Positions 1 through 13,372 of a DNA stretch of 64,000 nt are shown here, one piece after another. The notes under the pieces are model-generated. The model was not told the origin of the DNA, made no database searches, and was given only the letters and a program-made list of their open reading frames with translations. Numbering within the stretch: the first letter of the stretch is position 1; every line of letters starts with the position of its first letter. The translations under genes were made by a program, and so were the position numbers. Source of the DNA: Octopus sinensis (lineage: Eukaryota); NCBI RefSeq assembly GCF_006345805.1, contig NC_043000.1:39122001-39186000 (forward strand), read 5' to 3'.

Positions 1-258
1 GTGTGACTGACAGGAAGCTAAATATGACTACCAGCTGGTCATTACTTGACGTCAAGCTTTTAATACCAAAGTTCAAAGGTCAAGTTAGTTATCGTTAACC
101 GATAGCTTAATTGATTAATAAAAAATGCAAAAATTGTTTTTAATAAGATTACTAAGTGACCCTGATGACTATTTTCTTGTTATCTTACTTTTAAAGTGTT
201 ATTTCCCTCTTTCAGATAATTTATATAATTTATACCACGAAATTCCACAAGAAAAAGG

Positions 259-410
<152 letters not shown>

Positions 411-1078
411 TTCATTTATTTGCCACAAGGGTGAAGGATGAGGGGGGACAATACAAAGACACAAATAAAGTGTGTGGGGGGATTTGCATATAAAGAAATG
501 ATAAAATAAAAAACGTAATCATACACAGTATACACTGAAAATGGGACATATGCACAGCATACAAAGGTTAAAAGAAGAAAAAGAAGATATATATATATAC
601 AGCAGAAAATGGGCGATGCCTGTCCTTTTATAACCATATGGAAGATTTCATGAAAGAAATTGAATGGTTTGAACCTGTGGTTTTGTTTCGTGATTACCGT
701 GCGACGGCCATAACCTCGTCTTTAAGAAAGTTTGTTCAGATTCTTTCGGCGTAAGTAATTAAGAGGCTCGAAATGTTATTCCTGTTTTCTTTTTTAACGT
801 CATCTGAAACGAAACACAACAGATGGTGGGAGTTGACTCATTTAATTCAATATCCCGAGTAAAAAGTAACAAGATGATCGGAGTTCAAATATAGCAGCAG
901 GCTTCTTGAGAAATATTGTATTCATTTCTTGGTTCCAGCCATCAGAGTGCAGTCGTTTTTAGGGATCGAAGTTAAAGTCATTGTTAAAGGGTGGTTTTAA
1001 ATCAGACGATGGGTTAAACCTAGCATTCAAATACATCAAGCTGAGATGTGAAATTAGAACTTTTCAGTACCCCTTCCC

Positions 1079-1079
<1 letters not shown>

Positions 1080-1109
<30 letters not shown>

Positions 1110-1139
1110 TGTATGTATGTATGTATGTATGTGTGCATG

Positions 1140-1177
<38 letters not shown>

Positions 1178-1300
1178 TACATACAGAAAGAGAGAGAGAG
1201 AGAGAGAAGGCGACTAAAGAGATAGATAAATAGATAGATACAGACATACATACATACATACATACATACATACATACATACATACATACATACATACATA
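1080..1300. repeat. Compound microsatellite (TATG)n/(TA)n/(GA)n/(CATA)n
   Basis: Directly visible. Confidence 0.95.
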
Positions 1301-1301
1301 C

Positions 1302-1648
1302 AGAGAAACTGCATAGTTGTGGAAATTAGCTGCTCAGGGGATGTTAACATAAAGCTGAAGATCAGTGAAAAATAGAATACCTATGTTGGACTATTGAGAA
1401 ATCTGCAGTTACTCTGTCCAGATTACACATTCAGGTTTATACCTGTAATTACTGGGGCCCTGGGATATGTAGCACTCTGCCTAGATACCAATCTTGAGAA
1501 ATGAGGCTTCTCAAATCCAGAAAGGAGAAAGCTGATTCGAAGACCACGGATCCAATCCATCAGTAGAACTTTAAAAATCTGTAAAACCTTCCAGAAGTTT
1601 ATCATTCAAATGTATATGAGCATGTTTAGATATGTAACAATGTATGAA
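1302..1648 (+). mobile_element. 5'-truncated RLE-type non-LTR retrotransposon (R4/Dong-like), C-terminal endonuclease region
   Basis: Translates with stops to NCIVVEISCSGDVNIKLKISEK*NTY...FIPVITGALGYV, typical of restriction-like endonuclease C-termini; starts right after (CATA)n; homologous to 37668-38122 and 38334-38600. Confidence 0.75.
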
Positions 1649-1949
1649 AAGAGACTCTGAAGTTGTGTTTGTGTAAGTACATGGACATTTACGAGTGTTT
1701 GTCTAAGTGCTTCTGTGTCTGAATGAGTAACAGTACGTATATAAACATGTACGAATGCATGCGGACATGAGTGACTCAAAGTGCGCACGCAAAGCAGTGA
1801 CGGAGTGGGCGTTTATGTACGTGGTCAGCATTTAATATTCAACAAAACCTGGCTTTGATTTCAAACATTTCAGAATCATCAGTTCGAAATATTGATGTAA
1901 AAAGCAGGGATTAACAGTCTCAATTTTTAACGCATGCGCAAACACAGTC

Positions 1950-1986
<37 letters not shown>

Positions 1987-1995
1987 ATATACATA

Positions 1996-2321
1996 CTCTT
2001 TTATTTCTTTCAGTAATTTGATTGTAGACATGCTGGAGCACCACCTTTAGTCGAGCAAATCGACCCCAGAACTTATTCTTCGTAAGCCTAATACTTATTC
2101 TATCGGTCTCTTTTGCCGAACCGCGAAGTTACGGGAACGAAAACACAACAGCTTCGGTTGTCAAGCAATGTTGGGGGGGGGGACAAACACAGACACACAA
2201 ACATATATACACACATGCATTTAAATATACATATATACAAAGAGCTTTTTTTCATTTCCGTCTACCAAATCCACTCACAAGTCTTTGGTAAGCAAGCGAC
2301 TTAGCACACAGCCACTTCTGC
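1996..2321 (-). mobile_element. tRNA-derived SINE, family B (OR2/CORE-like)
   Basis: Head GCAGAAGTGGCTGTGTGCTAAG and tail GGTGCTCCAGCATG...CTGAAA..AAAAGAG on the minus strand; many copies in the window. Confidence 0.85.
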
Positions 2322-2577
2322 ATATATATATGTGAGGAAAAATAAGTTCAAAAAGACGAAGCCAAACTTTCTTAATGATCCAAAAAGAGAGAAAAAATAA
2401 TTTCCAGTAAAAATTCATCATATTCATAAAAAACAGTCTTTTGAAACGAGCGTATATATTAAATCCAATTTTGTATTAAATCCAATTTTGATTTTAACAT
2501 ATTTTCTCCATTTTTACATTTGTTTATGGTATCTTTAACCTATAACAAATTTTTTTCCGAATATATATTTATATATA

Positions 2578-2637
<60 letters not shown>

Positions 2638-2654
2638 TATATATACATATTCTT

Positions 2655-2970
2655 ACTCCGTCGGTTACGACGCCGAGGGCACCAGCTGGTACGATCAATG
2701 GTAAAGATTGCTCCTGAAATTAACGTGCAAGTGGCTGAGCATTCCACAGACACGTGTACCCTTAACGTAGTTCACGGGGAGATTCAGCGTGACACAAAAT
2801 GTGACAAGGCTGGCTTTTTTAAATACAGGTCCAACTCATTTTTTGCCAGCTGAGTGGGCTGGAGCAATGTGAAATAAAGTGTCTTGTTCAAGGGCACAAC
2901 ACATCGCCGGGGATTATACTAACGACCTTACGATCATGAGCCGAACGCCCTAACCACTAAGCCACACGCC
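2655..2970 (-). mobile_element. tRNA-derived SINE, family C
   Basis: Minus-strand head GGCGTGTGGCTTAGTGGTTAGGGCGTTCGG (A box), then TTGTGCCCTTGAACAAGACACTT; matches 25181-25474 and 43181-43499. Confidence 0.85.
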
Positions 2971-3343
2971 TTTACACACACTACATATATACTTTATCTT
3001 TGAATTGTTGTTACTGGCCGTGGGTGTCCCATGGCTCAATACAAATAAGAAAAAATATATTTAGGTGACGTGTATGGCTTTGTGTCCTTGAGCAAGACAC
3101 TTTATTTCACATTACCCCAGTATATTCAACTGCAATGAGTACCACCCAGATGGCGACACATTCCTCTCCTTCTCTTGCTGTCACATGCAGAATGGTCTGC
3201 TGAGTCTAGGGTGAGAAGCCCAACGATGGTGTCTGATCATGGCTCTATAGGTATCTGAAAGGTTCATCGAAAGCATTGGACATGTTAACAAACCTTACTC
3301 ACTTAAAGTGACTGCTTGCAGTATTCCTTTAACTTTATTTCAC

Positions 3344-3395
<52 letters not shown>

Positions 3396-3400
3396 ACATA

Positions 3401-5683
3401 TACTCTTTTACTCTTTTACTTGTTTCAGCCATGCGCCCGTGGTCATGCTGGAGCACCACCATAGTCTTCGTAACTTCCTCAGTCTGTTTGTGCCTTTGAC
3501 CTATCTGTTGGCCCATTTAGTATATAAGGGAGTTTGATTTCGCTGCCCTCGTCTCTAACATATGTTGGGTTGTTTGTTCATCTGGTATTGTGGAGCGAAA
3601 GACGTCTAGTTCCTTTCTGAAGACATCTACTTCCACCTTATGCAAATTTCTTAATTTTTGTGGCGGAGCATTGGAGAGCTGTGGGCCTTTGAACCCTAGA
3701 CTGTTGCAATACCTCGTCCTGAATTTGGATGGAGAGGATGGTACATTTGGTACAATACAATGGCGGCCAGTTCTGAAATTTGTACAACACTCAATACCAA
3801 GTTAGGTAGTAGCCCTTTTAGGATTTTCTATATTTATATTATTGTATATCTCTCACGCCTTCGCTCCATGGAGTAAAGCTATAGTTTTCTCAGCCTATCC
3901 CTGTAGCTCATCCGCTGCACACTTTCAATCTTTTTAGTGTAGTGTATACATTTGACTTCTTGAAGCTCTGCTGTTATTTTGGCTGAGAACAAAGGTTCTC
4001 TCCAGGGTCAACATACTTTCTTGCTCTCTTGTCTTGAAGGACCTCAGTATCCATCCTGCCAGTTATCTGCACTTTGTTGCCATCTTGCTAATGCGCATAT
4101 AAAATGATGCGTCATTACACACACTGATCCCAAAGTCTTTCACTGACATCTGAATGGTAAAGCAGCTGTTTCAAAACTCAGTAGGAGTTGTGTGAGGCAG
4201 CTTCTTCCTGGACGGAAGCTATGCTGTGTATTTTTCAGTAGGTCATTTTCTTCTAGGAATATTTATCAGCTTCATTCCGATGATTCGCTCCATGACTTTA
4301 CTGATGTGCGAAGTCAGAGAGATTGGCCTATAGTTTTTGGCATCTGCTCTGCTTCCACCTTTGTGGATAGGGTATATAATGTCTTCTTTCAGCTTTTTAG
4401 GAAGTACATCACTCGCAAAGAAACTTTGGAAAAGTATCTGAAGTGGTTTCGCTAGACTCTGCTTACATGACTTTAGGAGAACAGCAGGGAAGCTATCAGG
4501 ACGAATGGTGTAGGATGAGCTTATTTCATCTATGGCCGCTGTTACGTATGTTTCCTCAATGTTGATGAAGTCGATGGCAAGCGCCTCTCTTCTTAGAGCT
4601 GCAATATCAAAGAATTCAGCCGGATGTTTTATCCGCATGTGTTCACTGAGCATCTCGTTTACCCTTCCTGGGTCCGCCGTCAGTAAGTTATTCCCTTGGA
4701 ACAAGGGTCCTATTTTATATTGTATTGTGCCTGTTTCATTTGCGAATTTATAGAAAGCTTTGGGATTTGTTTTATGCTTTCCACAATCCTTTTCTCTCTG
4801 CTCTTTCCCTTTCGTGAGAGAATTTGATTTGGCTTTCAATTTCTAGGAGCATCCGTGTTAAGATAGACTACTCTTTATCCTTCAGTTGCCCATTCAGCAG
4901 CTTTGAGATATCCGACCTGCGTCTCATGAAGATTTTTCTGTCCCTGGGAATCTTGTTTGAGAGTGTGCTGGCCTTTCTTTCTGGGATATATTTAGTGTAT
5001 ATAGCTTGTATTGGCTGAGTTTCAGATGAATGCCTTGCATACACAGAATGTCGGACCAGTTTCGTTTGTGGATCTCTTTGCGGATCGATTCCCATTTTGC
5101 CTTATGGAAATTCGGGTTGAATAAGGCTTGAGTCCTCGTGATAGGGTAGATACTAACAGTTCGCGCAGGACCATACATAGTTAGTTCAACAATGTTGCGA
5201 TCTGAGAGTGCCGTTGGTACCAACTTCACATAATGGATAAGGTCCACATTATTTGTGAAGCACAGGTCCAACATGCTGTTTCCCCTGGTTGGCCTGAGTA
5301 TCACTTGCTCCATGAATAGCTTGTTAGTAACTTACAATAATGACACTACATTTTGTTCATTTGTTCATTTTGTTCATGCATCGACATCCCAGAGAGTGTG
5401 GGGCCTTCTGGTCATGTGACATGTGGGAGGTGGAAATCACACAGGAAGAGTATGTTAATATTCTGATCTAGATTTGTAAATACCTCTTCGATGCGTTTGA
5501 GGTTATCCTCAAATTTCCATCATATTTTGTGGTATTCAGCGGACGATATATTGTTCATACAGCTACATCGGTTTGCTTTATATGTATTATTAAGGCGTCG
5601 CAAACTGAGTTTGAATGTAAGAGTAATTACAAGTTGTGACATCTTCACGGATGTACATAGCAACTTCCGCATCTGATATATCA
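3401..5683 (-). mobile_element. Degenerate LINE (APE endonuclease + RT, CR1/L2-group-like)
   Basis: Fragments MLDLCFTNN, NPKAFYKFA, HKGGSRADAKNYRPISLTSHISKVMERII and a C-terminal SLGFKGPQL-type motif; ends in a SINE-B-like tail. Confidence 0.9.
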
Positions 5684-5887
5684 GGGGCTATGTACATATA
5701 CGCGTATATATATATATTATTATATTATATATCTATATATATATATAGATATATATATATATATTATATATATATATATATGTATGTATGTATTATATAG
5801 GGAGAATTCACGAAAAAAACAAAGGACGAAGACAGGTGGTGTAGAAAACAAACAGATGTATTAGTATAACGCTCGGGAATTGAAAAG

Positions 5888-5925
<38 letters not shown>

Positions 5926-6127
5926 AATGTGTGTGTGTGTGTAGTTGTGTGTGTGTGTGTAGTTGTGTGTGTGTGTGTAGTTGTGTGTGTGTGTGTGTTG
6001 TTGTGTGTGTGTGTGTAGTTGTGTGTGTGTGTGTGTGTGTGAATAATTGCAAATAAAAAAATGGAGAAGCACATTAGTTGGTTCATCAACTTTAGGACAT
6101 TAAAATGTTGACTTATATATATATAAT

Positions 6128-7100
6128 AATAATAACAAAGGGCGAAATTAATTAATTAAGAAGTAATCAGTAATTTCAGCAAGTAGAATTCGGCATGAAA
6201 AGGACCATTTCATGGTAAGCTTAAGTAATACTTTATAATTAGGGTTCAGCAACGATTTTCTTCACTACATACCGAAGTTTAGAAAAAGCAGTAAAAAAAT
6301 CTTAGCTATTCCTTCAGAAAAACCAAAGCACTTGAAAACAAACCACGCAGGCAAAAGGGAAAAAACGACGAAAATCATTCTATATTAGGTTACCCACGGA
6401 CGTACGTTTCGGAATTAAATCAGTATAAAGCATAACTAATAAATAATTATACCTTACCCGACTATTTTCGGTTCTTCAGCGTGGGATTCCTCAATTATAA
6501 ATTATTACATATTAAATTTGAAGGCACTGGAAAATATCTTTTCACCTAACGGTATCAGAGAGATCATATTCCGTACTAGTGCCGCCAAATTCAAAAAACG
6601 AAGTATTACTTAAGCTTACTATGAAATGGTCCTTTTCATGCCGAATTCTACTTGGTGAAATTACTGATTACTTCTTAATTAATTGATTTCACCCTTTGTT
6701 ATTATTGATAATGGAATTTTTTCCCAGATAAAAAAACTACAGTTTCTCACTGTAGCATCTTAATTGGCAACACGCTGGTGGGCGAGGGAGGATCACTTAT
6801 TCTCTTTCGTTTTTTGAATTTGGCGGCACTAGCACGGAATATGATCTCTCTGATACCGTTAGGTGAAGAGATATTTTCCAGTGCCTACAAATTTAATATG
6901 TAACGTACGTCCGTGGGTAACCTAATATAGAATGATTTTCGTCGTTTTTTCCCTTTTGCCAGCGTGGTTTGTTTTCAAGTGCTTTGGTTTTTCTGGGAAC
7001 CCCCTTTAAAGTAGAAGGAATAGCTAAGATTTTTTGACTGCTATTTCTAAACTTCGGTATGTGGTGAAGCAAATTGTTGCTGAACCCTAATTATAAAGTA
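6128..7100. mobile_element. (TA)n-flanked foldback element with three interlocked inverted repeats (A-B-X-C-A'-Y-C'-B')
   Basis: A 6128-6233 / A' 6601-6706; B 6229-6408 / B' 6902-7100; C 6505-6602 / C' 6806-6903. Confidence 0.9.
6393..6485 (-). ncRNA. Atypical hammerhead-like motif
   Basis: CCCACG-CTGAAGA...GAAA-CGTA-CGTCCGTGGG: stem I, core and ACGU stem III present; stem II does not close canonically. Confidence 0.45.
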
Positions 7101-7112
7101 TATATATATATA

Positions 7113-7325
7113 TATCAGTCAACATGGACGCAATGATAGATCGTTAGCTCCTACACGCCTTTTTTTCTCTCCTTGTTTTTTTTTCTGTGTATCTTTCTGT
7201 CGAAGAGCGTAGGCTCGAAACGTAATAGACTTTTTCTATTTCTATTCCTGAGCGCTATACTAATACATTTGTTTGTTTGTACTCCACCTGCCTTCGACTT
7301 TGTTTATTTTCGTAAACTTTCCCAT
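7113..7325 (+). mobile_element. Non-coding HHR-bearing element, family F, in (TA)n
   Basis: About 210 bp; similar to 25513-25726, 33308-33459, 44249-44465 (minus) and the partial copy 5797-5886. Confidence 0.85.
7192..7229 (+). ncRNA. Minimal type I hammerhead motif (variant core CUGUCGA)
   Basis: TCTTT-CTGTCGA-A-GAGC-GTAG-GCTC-GAAA-CGTA-ATAGA; one stem I mismatch. Confidence 0.6.
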
Positions 7326-7343
7326 TATATATATATGTATTCG

Positions 7344-7573
7344 CTCTTTTTACTTGTTTCAGTCATTTAACTGCGGCCATGCTGGAGCACCGCCTTTAGT
7401 TGAATCAAATCGATCCCCGGACTTATTCTTTGTAAGCCAAGTACTTATTGTATCCGTCACTTTTGCTGAACCGCAAAGTTACGCGACGTAAACACACCAG
7501 CATCGGTTGTCAAGCTATGTTGGTGGGGGACGAACACAGACACAAGCACACACACACACACGCATTATATATA

Positions 7574-7621
<48 letters not shown>

Positions 7622-7780
7622 TACATGTACATATATACGACGGGTTTTCTTTCCCTTTCCATCTACCAAATCCACTCACAAAGCATTGGTCGGCTCGAGG
7701 CTATATTAGAAGACCCTCGCCCAAGGTGCCACATAGTGGGATTGAACCTGGAACCATGTGGTTGGTAAGCAAGCTACTTA

Positions 7781-7783
<3 letters not shown>
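7344..7783 (-). mobile_element. SINE family B with internal (TA)n
   Basis: Tail and body motifs as at 21349-21746. Confidence 0.85.
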
Positions 7784-7823
<40 letters not shown>

Positions 7824-8210
7824 CACACACCACGCGCACACGTACATATATACATACATACAAACACAGAAATATATATATGTTCGTAATCAATTGCGCA
7901 CTTATATACACGAAAATAAACCACCGCGAAACAGTCAACAAAACTAGCTGTTAATTGAGTACGATAAATGTGTTGACCTGGGTGTATATACAAGGTTGAT
8001 AATATATGTTGTTATTATACATTTGGCAAGGCAGGTGGTGAACAGGTGTTTTTAACAGAAGTTAATTCCTATCTTAACCACAGATTCGTAGAATACCAGA
8101 GAATTTCACAGATGAATTTACCAAGTGACATTTAACTCTCCCTAAATGAACACCGCCATCTGGTGTTGTTTGCCTATAATGCCTTTTGCTTATAAGATTC
8201 TTATCAGCTG

Positions 8211-8314
8211 ATATCTTTCATTTCGAGGTTATTTAAATAACTTTAAAAATATATTGCTCACGCAATATAATATATATATATAAACTGTATATGTATGTAT
8301 ATATATATAATAAT

Positions 8315-8368
<54 letters not shown>

Positions 8369-8389
8369 TATATATATATGTCATGTATG

Positions 8390-8423
<34 letters not shown>

Positions 8424-8484
8424 GGATGAGAGTGCGTGAGCAATATATTTTTAAAGTATTTAAATAAACTCAAATGAAAGATAT
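8211..8484. repeat. ~53-bp inverted repeat enclosing a (TA)n tract
   Basis: 8211-8264 is the near reverse complement of 8433-8484. Confidence 0.8.
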
Positions 8485-8710
8485 ATATTACATATAGAGA
8501 TAGATAGATAGACAGACAGACCGAGAGATACATAGATAGATGCACCATTTTTGCACAGATGCATTCACCCATGCACGTACCTAATTAAACAGACACAACC
8601 ATATACGCACGTACATAAATAAAGTTACGAAAAATATATCATATATATCCATGCATAAATATACATAAGCAAATCTCTCTCTCTCTCTCTCTCTTTGTTA
8701 TATACATACA

Positions 8711-8796
<86 letters not shown>

Positions 8797-8804
8797 TATA
8801 CATC

Positions 8805-9182
8805 ATTTATTTCAGTCATTTGACACACGGCATGCAGGAGCATCGCCTTTAGTCGAGCAAATCGACCTCAGGACTTATTCTCTGTAAGCCTAGTACTTAT
8901 TCTATCGGTTGCGTGTGCCGAACCGCTAAGTTACGGGGGACATAAAAACACACGCATCAGTGGTCAAGCGATGCTGGGGTGGGGCATACAAAGACATACA
9001 AACATATACATACATACATATTCGACGGATTTCTTTCAGTTTCCGTCTACCAAATCCACTCGCAAGTCATTCGTCGGTCCGAGATTATAGTAGAAGACAC
9101 CTAACCACGGTGCCACGCTGTGGGACTGAACCAGGAACCATGTGGTTGGTAAGCAAGCTACTTATCACACAGCCACTCCTGC
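8805..9182 (-). mobile_element. SINE family B
   Basis: Complete head GCAGGAGTGGCTGTGTGATAAG and tail. Confidence 0.85.
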
Positions 9183-9289
9183 TCATATATATATATATAT
9201 ACAAATTGAGATAGGGGTTGCAAATTCAACCCTCTATTCTCCATTTTCTGATTTTGTATATATAATATATATATATATATGTATATAAT

Positions 9290-9502
9290 GTTAATCCAAA
9301 TATGAAAACACAAAGAGAAAACACAACAACGCGAGGACGTCGAACAAATATAGTATTATTGGACGCTCAGGAAGGAAGGGAAGAAGGAGGGTTTTACGTT
9401 TCGAGCGAAGCTCTTCGTCAGAAACATAGGAACAGGAAAGATCCAGAGAAGGGGAGACGGAGGAAAAAAAATCGCCAACGGTACACACGCGGTCACATTT
9501 TG
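9290..9502 (-). mobile_element. HHR-bearing element, divergent family F relative, in (TA)n
   Basis: Same layout as family F, flanked by TA on both sides. Confidence 0.7.
9391..9425 (-). ncRNA. Minimal type I hammerhead ribozyme, intact core
   Basis: GTTT-CTGACGA-A-GAGC-TTC-GCTC-GAAA-CGTA-AAAC: stem I GTTT/AAAC, palindromic ACGU stem III, GUA site. Confidence 0.8.
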
Positions 9503-9566
9503 TATATGTATATAATAATATATATATATATATATATATATAGATATTAATATATATATATGTATG

Positions 9567-9599
<33 letters not shown>

Positions 9600-9682
9600 G
9601 TATATATATACATACATACATAATATATACATACACACATATATATATATATGTAATACATATATATATATATAAATTATAG

Positions 9683-9737
<55 letters not shown>

Positions 9738-9785
9738 TATATGTATGTATGTAGTATTAATATATATATATATTTCCTTTTTCGT

Positions 9786-11150
9786 TTTTCTTGTTTCAGC
9801 TCAGAGCGGCGGCCATGCTGATGCACCGCTGTTTTGTGCTACACTGTTATTACGAAGAACCTCCTCTAACTCTAATATGTGGCACTTGGTGAAGAATGGA
9901 GTTTGATATAGCTACTCTCATTTGCACCTCTTGCCGTGAGGTAGGTTCATCTGGGACTCTCGACAGGAAAATGTCCAGCTTTGATTTAAAAACCGCTACA
10001 TCTACTTTGTGCAAGTTCCTCAGACTCTTTGGGAGAATATTAAAAAGCTGTGGGCCCTTGAAACCCAGGCTGTTGCAGTAGCTGGTCCTGAAGCGTAATG
10101 GCATTGCTGGGATCTTTGGCACTATGCAGTGTCGTCCCGTTCTAGCATTGGTGTAGCTTACAATGCCAAAATTTGGCACAATTCCTTCCAGGATCTTCCA
10201 GACATATATTACTGCATACCTCTCCCGTCTTCTCTCTACGGAGTAGAGTCTTAGCTGTTTCAACCTTTACCAGTAGCTGAGCTGTTACAAAGAAACGATC
10301 TTCTTTGTGAATCTTCTCTGGATTGCTTCAAGGTCCGCTGTTAATTTCACACTGGTGTGTGACCATAGCTGTGAGCAGTAATCCAGGCGGACCATCAGCC
10401 AGAGGACCATCATGGTTTCCTTATCTCTGGTTCTGAATGTTCTTAGGATTCATCCAGCCAGTCGTCTGCACTTTGTTGCCATCCTGGTAATGTGCACTTG
10501 GAAATAGGTATCATCACTCATGTCGATACCCAGGTCCTTCACAGACTTAGGCTCTGGGATTGAAATTCCCTGTGGACCGGTGTATCCTGTAAGTTTAATA
10601 TTCAGTTTTGGATACTGGTAGCGCAGGGCCTGGAATTTTTCAGCATTAAACTGCATATCATTATCCTCAGCCCATCTGTAGATTGAGTCCAACTCCTGAT
10701 GCAGGTCTGCAACATCGCTGGGATTCTGTATTTTCTGCGAGACTTTCGTATCGTCTGCATAGCTTGCTAGAGTGGCTATCCGGGCATTTGAGGGCATATC
10801 TGAGAGGGCCACTATAAAAATGACTATATTATGTTGCGTTATGTATACAACTAAAGTGTCACATACCGAATTTGAGTATGTCATTAAGACCTGGGGGTCG
10901 TGAGGTCATCTCGGATGTATACAGCAACTCCACCATGGCTCCTTTCCCTTCTGTCTGTTCGCAGTATAGCATAGTTTGGTATGTGTACTTCTGCGTCCTC
11001 TATATCAGGGCTGAGGTGAGTTTCCACGAGTGCTATGCATAGGGCTTGATTGCATGCAGTAAGATCTCTCAAGAAAGAAATTTTGTTTCTATTTTGATGT
11101 AACAGGCTCCCAATATTTAGTAAAAGCATTGGGGGGACGGCTGTGCAGGC
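9786..11150 (-). mobile_element. Internally deleted LINE (same family as 3401-5683)
   Basis: Endonuclease N-terminus (CIALVETHL, HGGVAVYIRD) joined to RT (ASYADDTKV, LYSVERRRERY); SINE-B-like tail. Confidence 0.92.
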
Positions 11151-11230
11151 GTTTATACATACACACGCACACAAACACACACACACACACACCACACAAA
11201 CACACACACATATATACATGTATATATATA

Positions 11231-11263
<33 letters not shown>

Positions 11264-11409
11264 GAGATATATATATATATATATATTATAAACACAATGG
11301 ATATAAGATAAAAAAAACAATAATAACTAAGTGAAGAACGATAAAAATGAGTGCTGTTGATTTGGCAAGACAAGATAATAACCATCACGAAATATAATAT
11401 AGATATATA

Positions 11410-11459
<50 letters not shown>

Positions 11460-12042
11460 GCACGCACACACAAAATCATTCATGCATCCATAAATACATG
11501 AAATGATATGAGCGAAATTGTTGTATAAAGTGCTCAGGTGCACAACATGTATGGATCTATATATAAGACGGATTGCTTCTAGTTTCCGCCTGCCAAATGC
11601 ACTCACAAGGCTTTGGTCAGACCGAGGCTATAGAAGAAGACGTTTGCCCAATGTGCCTCCCAGTTGGATAGAACCCTGAACCGTGTGGTTGGAAAGTAAG
11701 CAGTTGTCTATGTCAGTGTACGTGTGCAGATTTGAAAAATGCAAGCTATCGATCAAGTGGAATTTAATCATAACAAGTGATAGGATGAAATTCTTTTAGA
11801 TAAAAGTTGTTTGTGAAAAACGGGGCAGAAATATTTTCCCAAAAGGTTTAGCTCTTGTTTTGGCATGAGAATGTAAAGTTTAGTAATGTTGCAAACGTTT
11901 CTATTCCATAGGGAGAAATGAAACACATTCCTCTTTTCCCTATGGCATACAAAGTTATCCAAGATTACGAATTTTACTGTACATACATGCATAGAAACAC
12001 ATTTATATATATAAAGGCTTACAAAGGCACACGCATATATAT

Positions 12043-12094
<52 letters not shown>

Positions 12095-12850
12095 TGTGTT
12101 GTGTGTGTGTGTGTGTGTGTGTATGTGTGTGTATGCATATATACATACGTATAGTACGTACTTACATCGATATGTATATGTGGGCACAGGACACATATGA
12201 AACGTGCACAACAGAAAGTACGAAGCACGAGTACATGGAACATGAACTATTCTTTCGAACAACGAAAGGCACAAATAGAAAACAAAACAAATATAAAGAA
12301 TGACCCTTCATCAGTTGTTGGCTGTTTTTCTACTCTTGTATTTCGAGCATTTAACAATAATATACGCTTTCGATAAAACAGTTGCTCCCGCAAAGCAAAT
12401 TAGATAAAATTTGAGATTTTGCCGTAACTCAACAGGAAATGTAAGATCCAGCGATCGTGGTGAAGGAAGAAAAAAAAAAAAAAAAACTTTCTGGGATAAT
12501 AGTGGTTTATTGAGACGGAAGGTTGTGGAATTTTTTCTAAAAAAGTTCTTTTTATATTCCACGGTAAGTGATCAAGGTTGCCGGTGTGCGAATAAGAATA
12601 CAAGAGTTACGGAATGGAGTAGGTAAGATCCGAGTTACATATGTTTCATAGAGAGCGGAACCTCAGAAGTGGTAAAAATCCCAGTGAGGTATAAAAAAGC
12701 AGGCTACTCTTCAAGCCATAGATATCTTGATTAAATTAAAGGTTACATTGTTGCAATGTTTATATGTATATGTATATGTGTGTGTGTCTGCATGTATATG
12801 TGTTTGTGTGTGTGTATGTATATGTACACACACAAACACACGCACATATA

Positions 12851-13110
12851 CTAGCAGAAATACCCGGCGTTGCCCGAGTTAAAGAAAATAATGAAATTTA
12901 AGAACGCCGTCTAGATTATGCAGGTCTCAAGTACGAAATTTCTACATTAATAACTCCCCAACCCATGCCAGCATGGAAATAGTCGTGAGGTGAAATTGTG
13001 AACATCTTTCTGTCAGTAATTTGTTGTTTGTAAATAGCGATTGAAGACGTACAGTGAAATCAATAGAGATAGAACGTAAAGTGCAAAACTAACGTCTGAA
13101 AAAGAAAAGG
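12851..13110 (-). mobile_element. Non-autonomous Helitron-like 3' end
   Basis: Minus strand ends CGGGCAACGCCGGG...CTGCTAG (subterminal hairpin plus CTAG); related ends at 18662 and 48788. Confidence 0.6.
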
Positions 13111-13194
13111 AAAAACCATAGGGAGTGAGTGAGATATAGGGAGAGCGAGAGAGAGAGAGAGAGCAAGAGAGCTACTTAGACAAATAAGAGAGAT

Positions 13195-13372
<178 letters not shown>

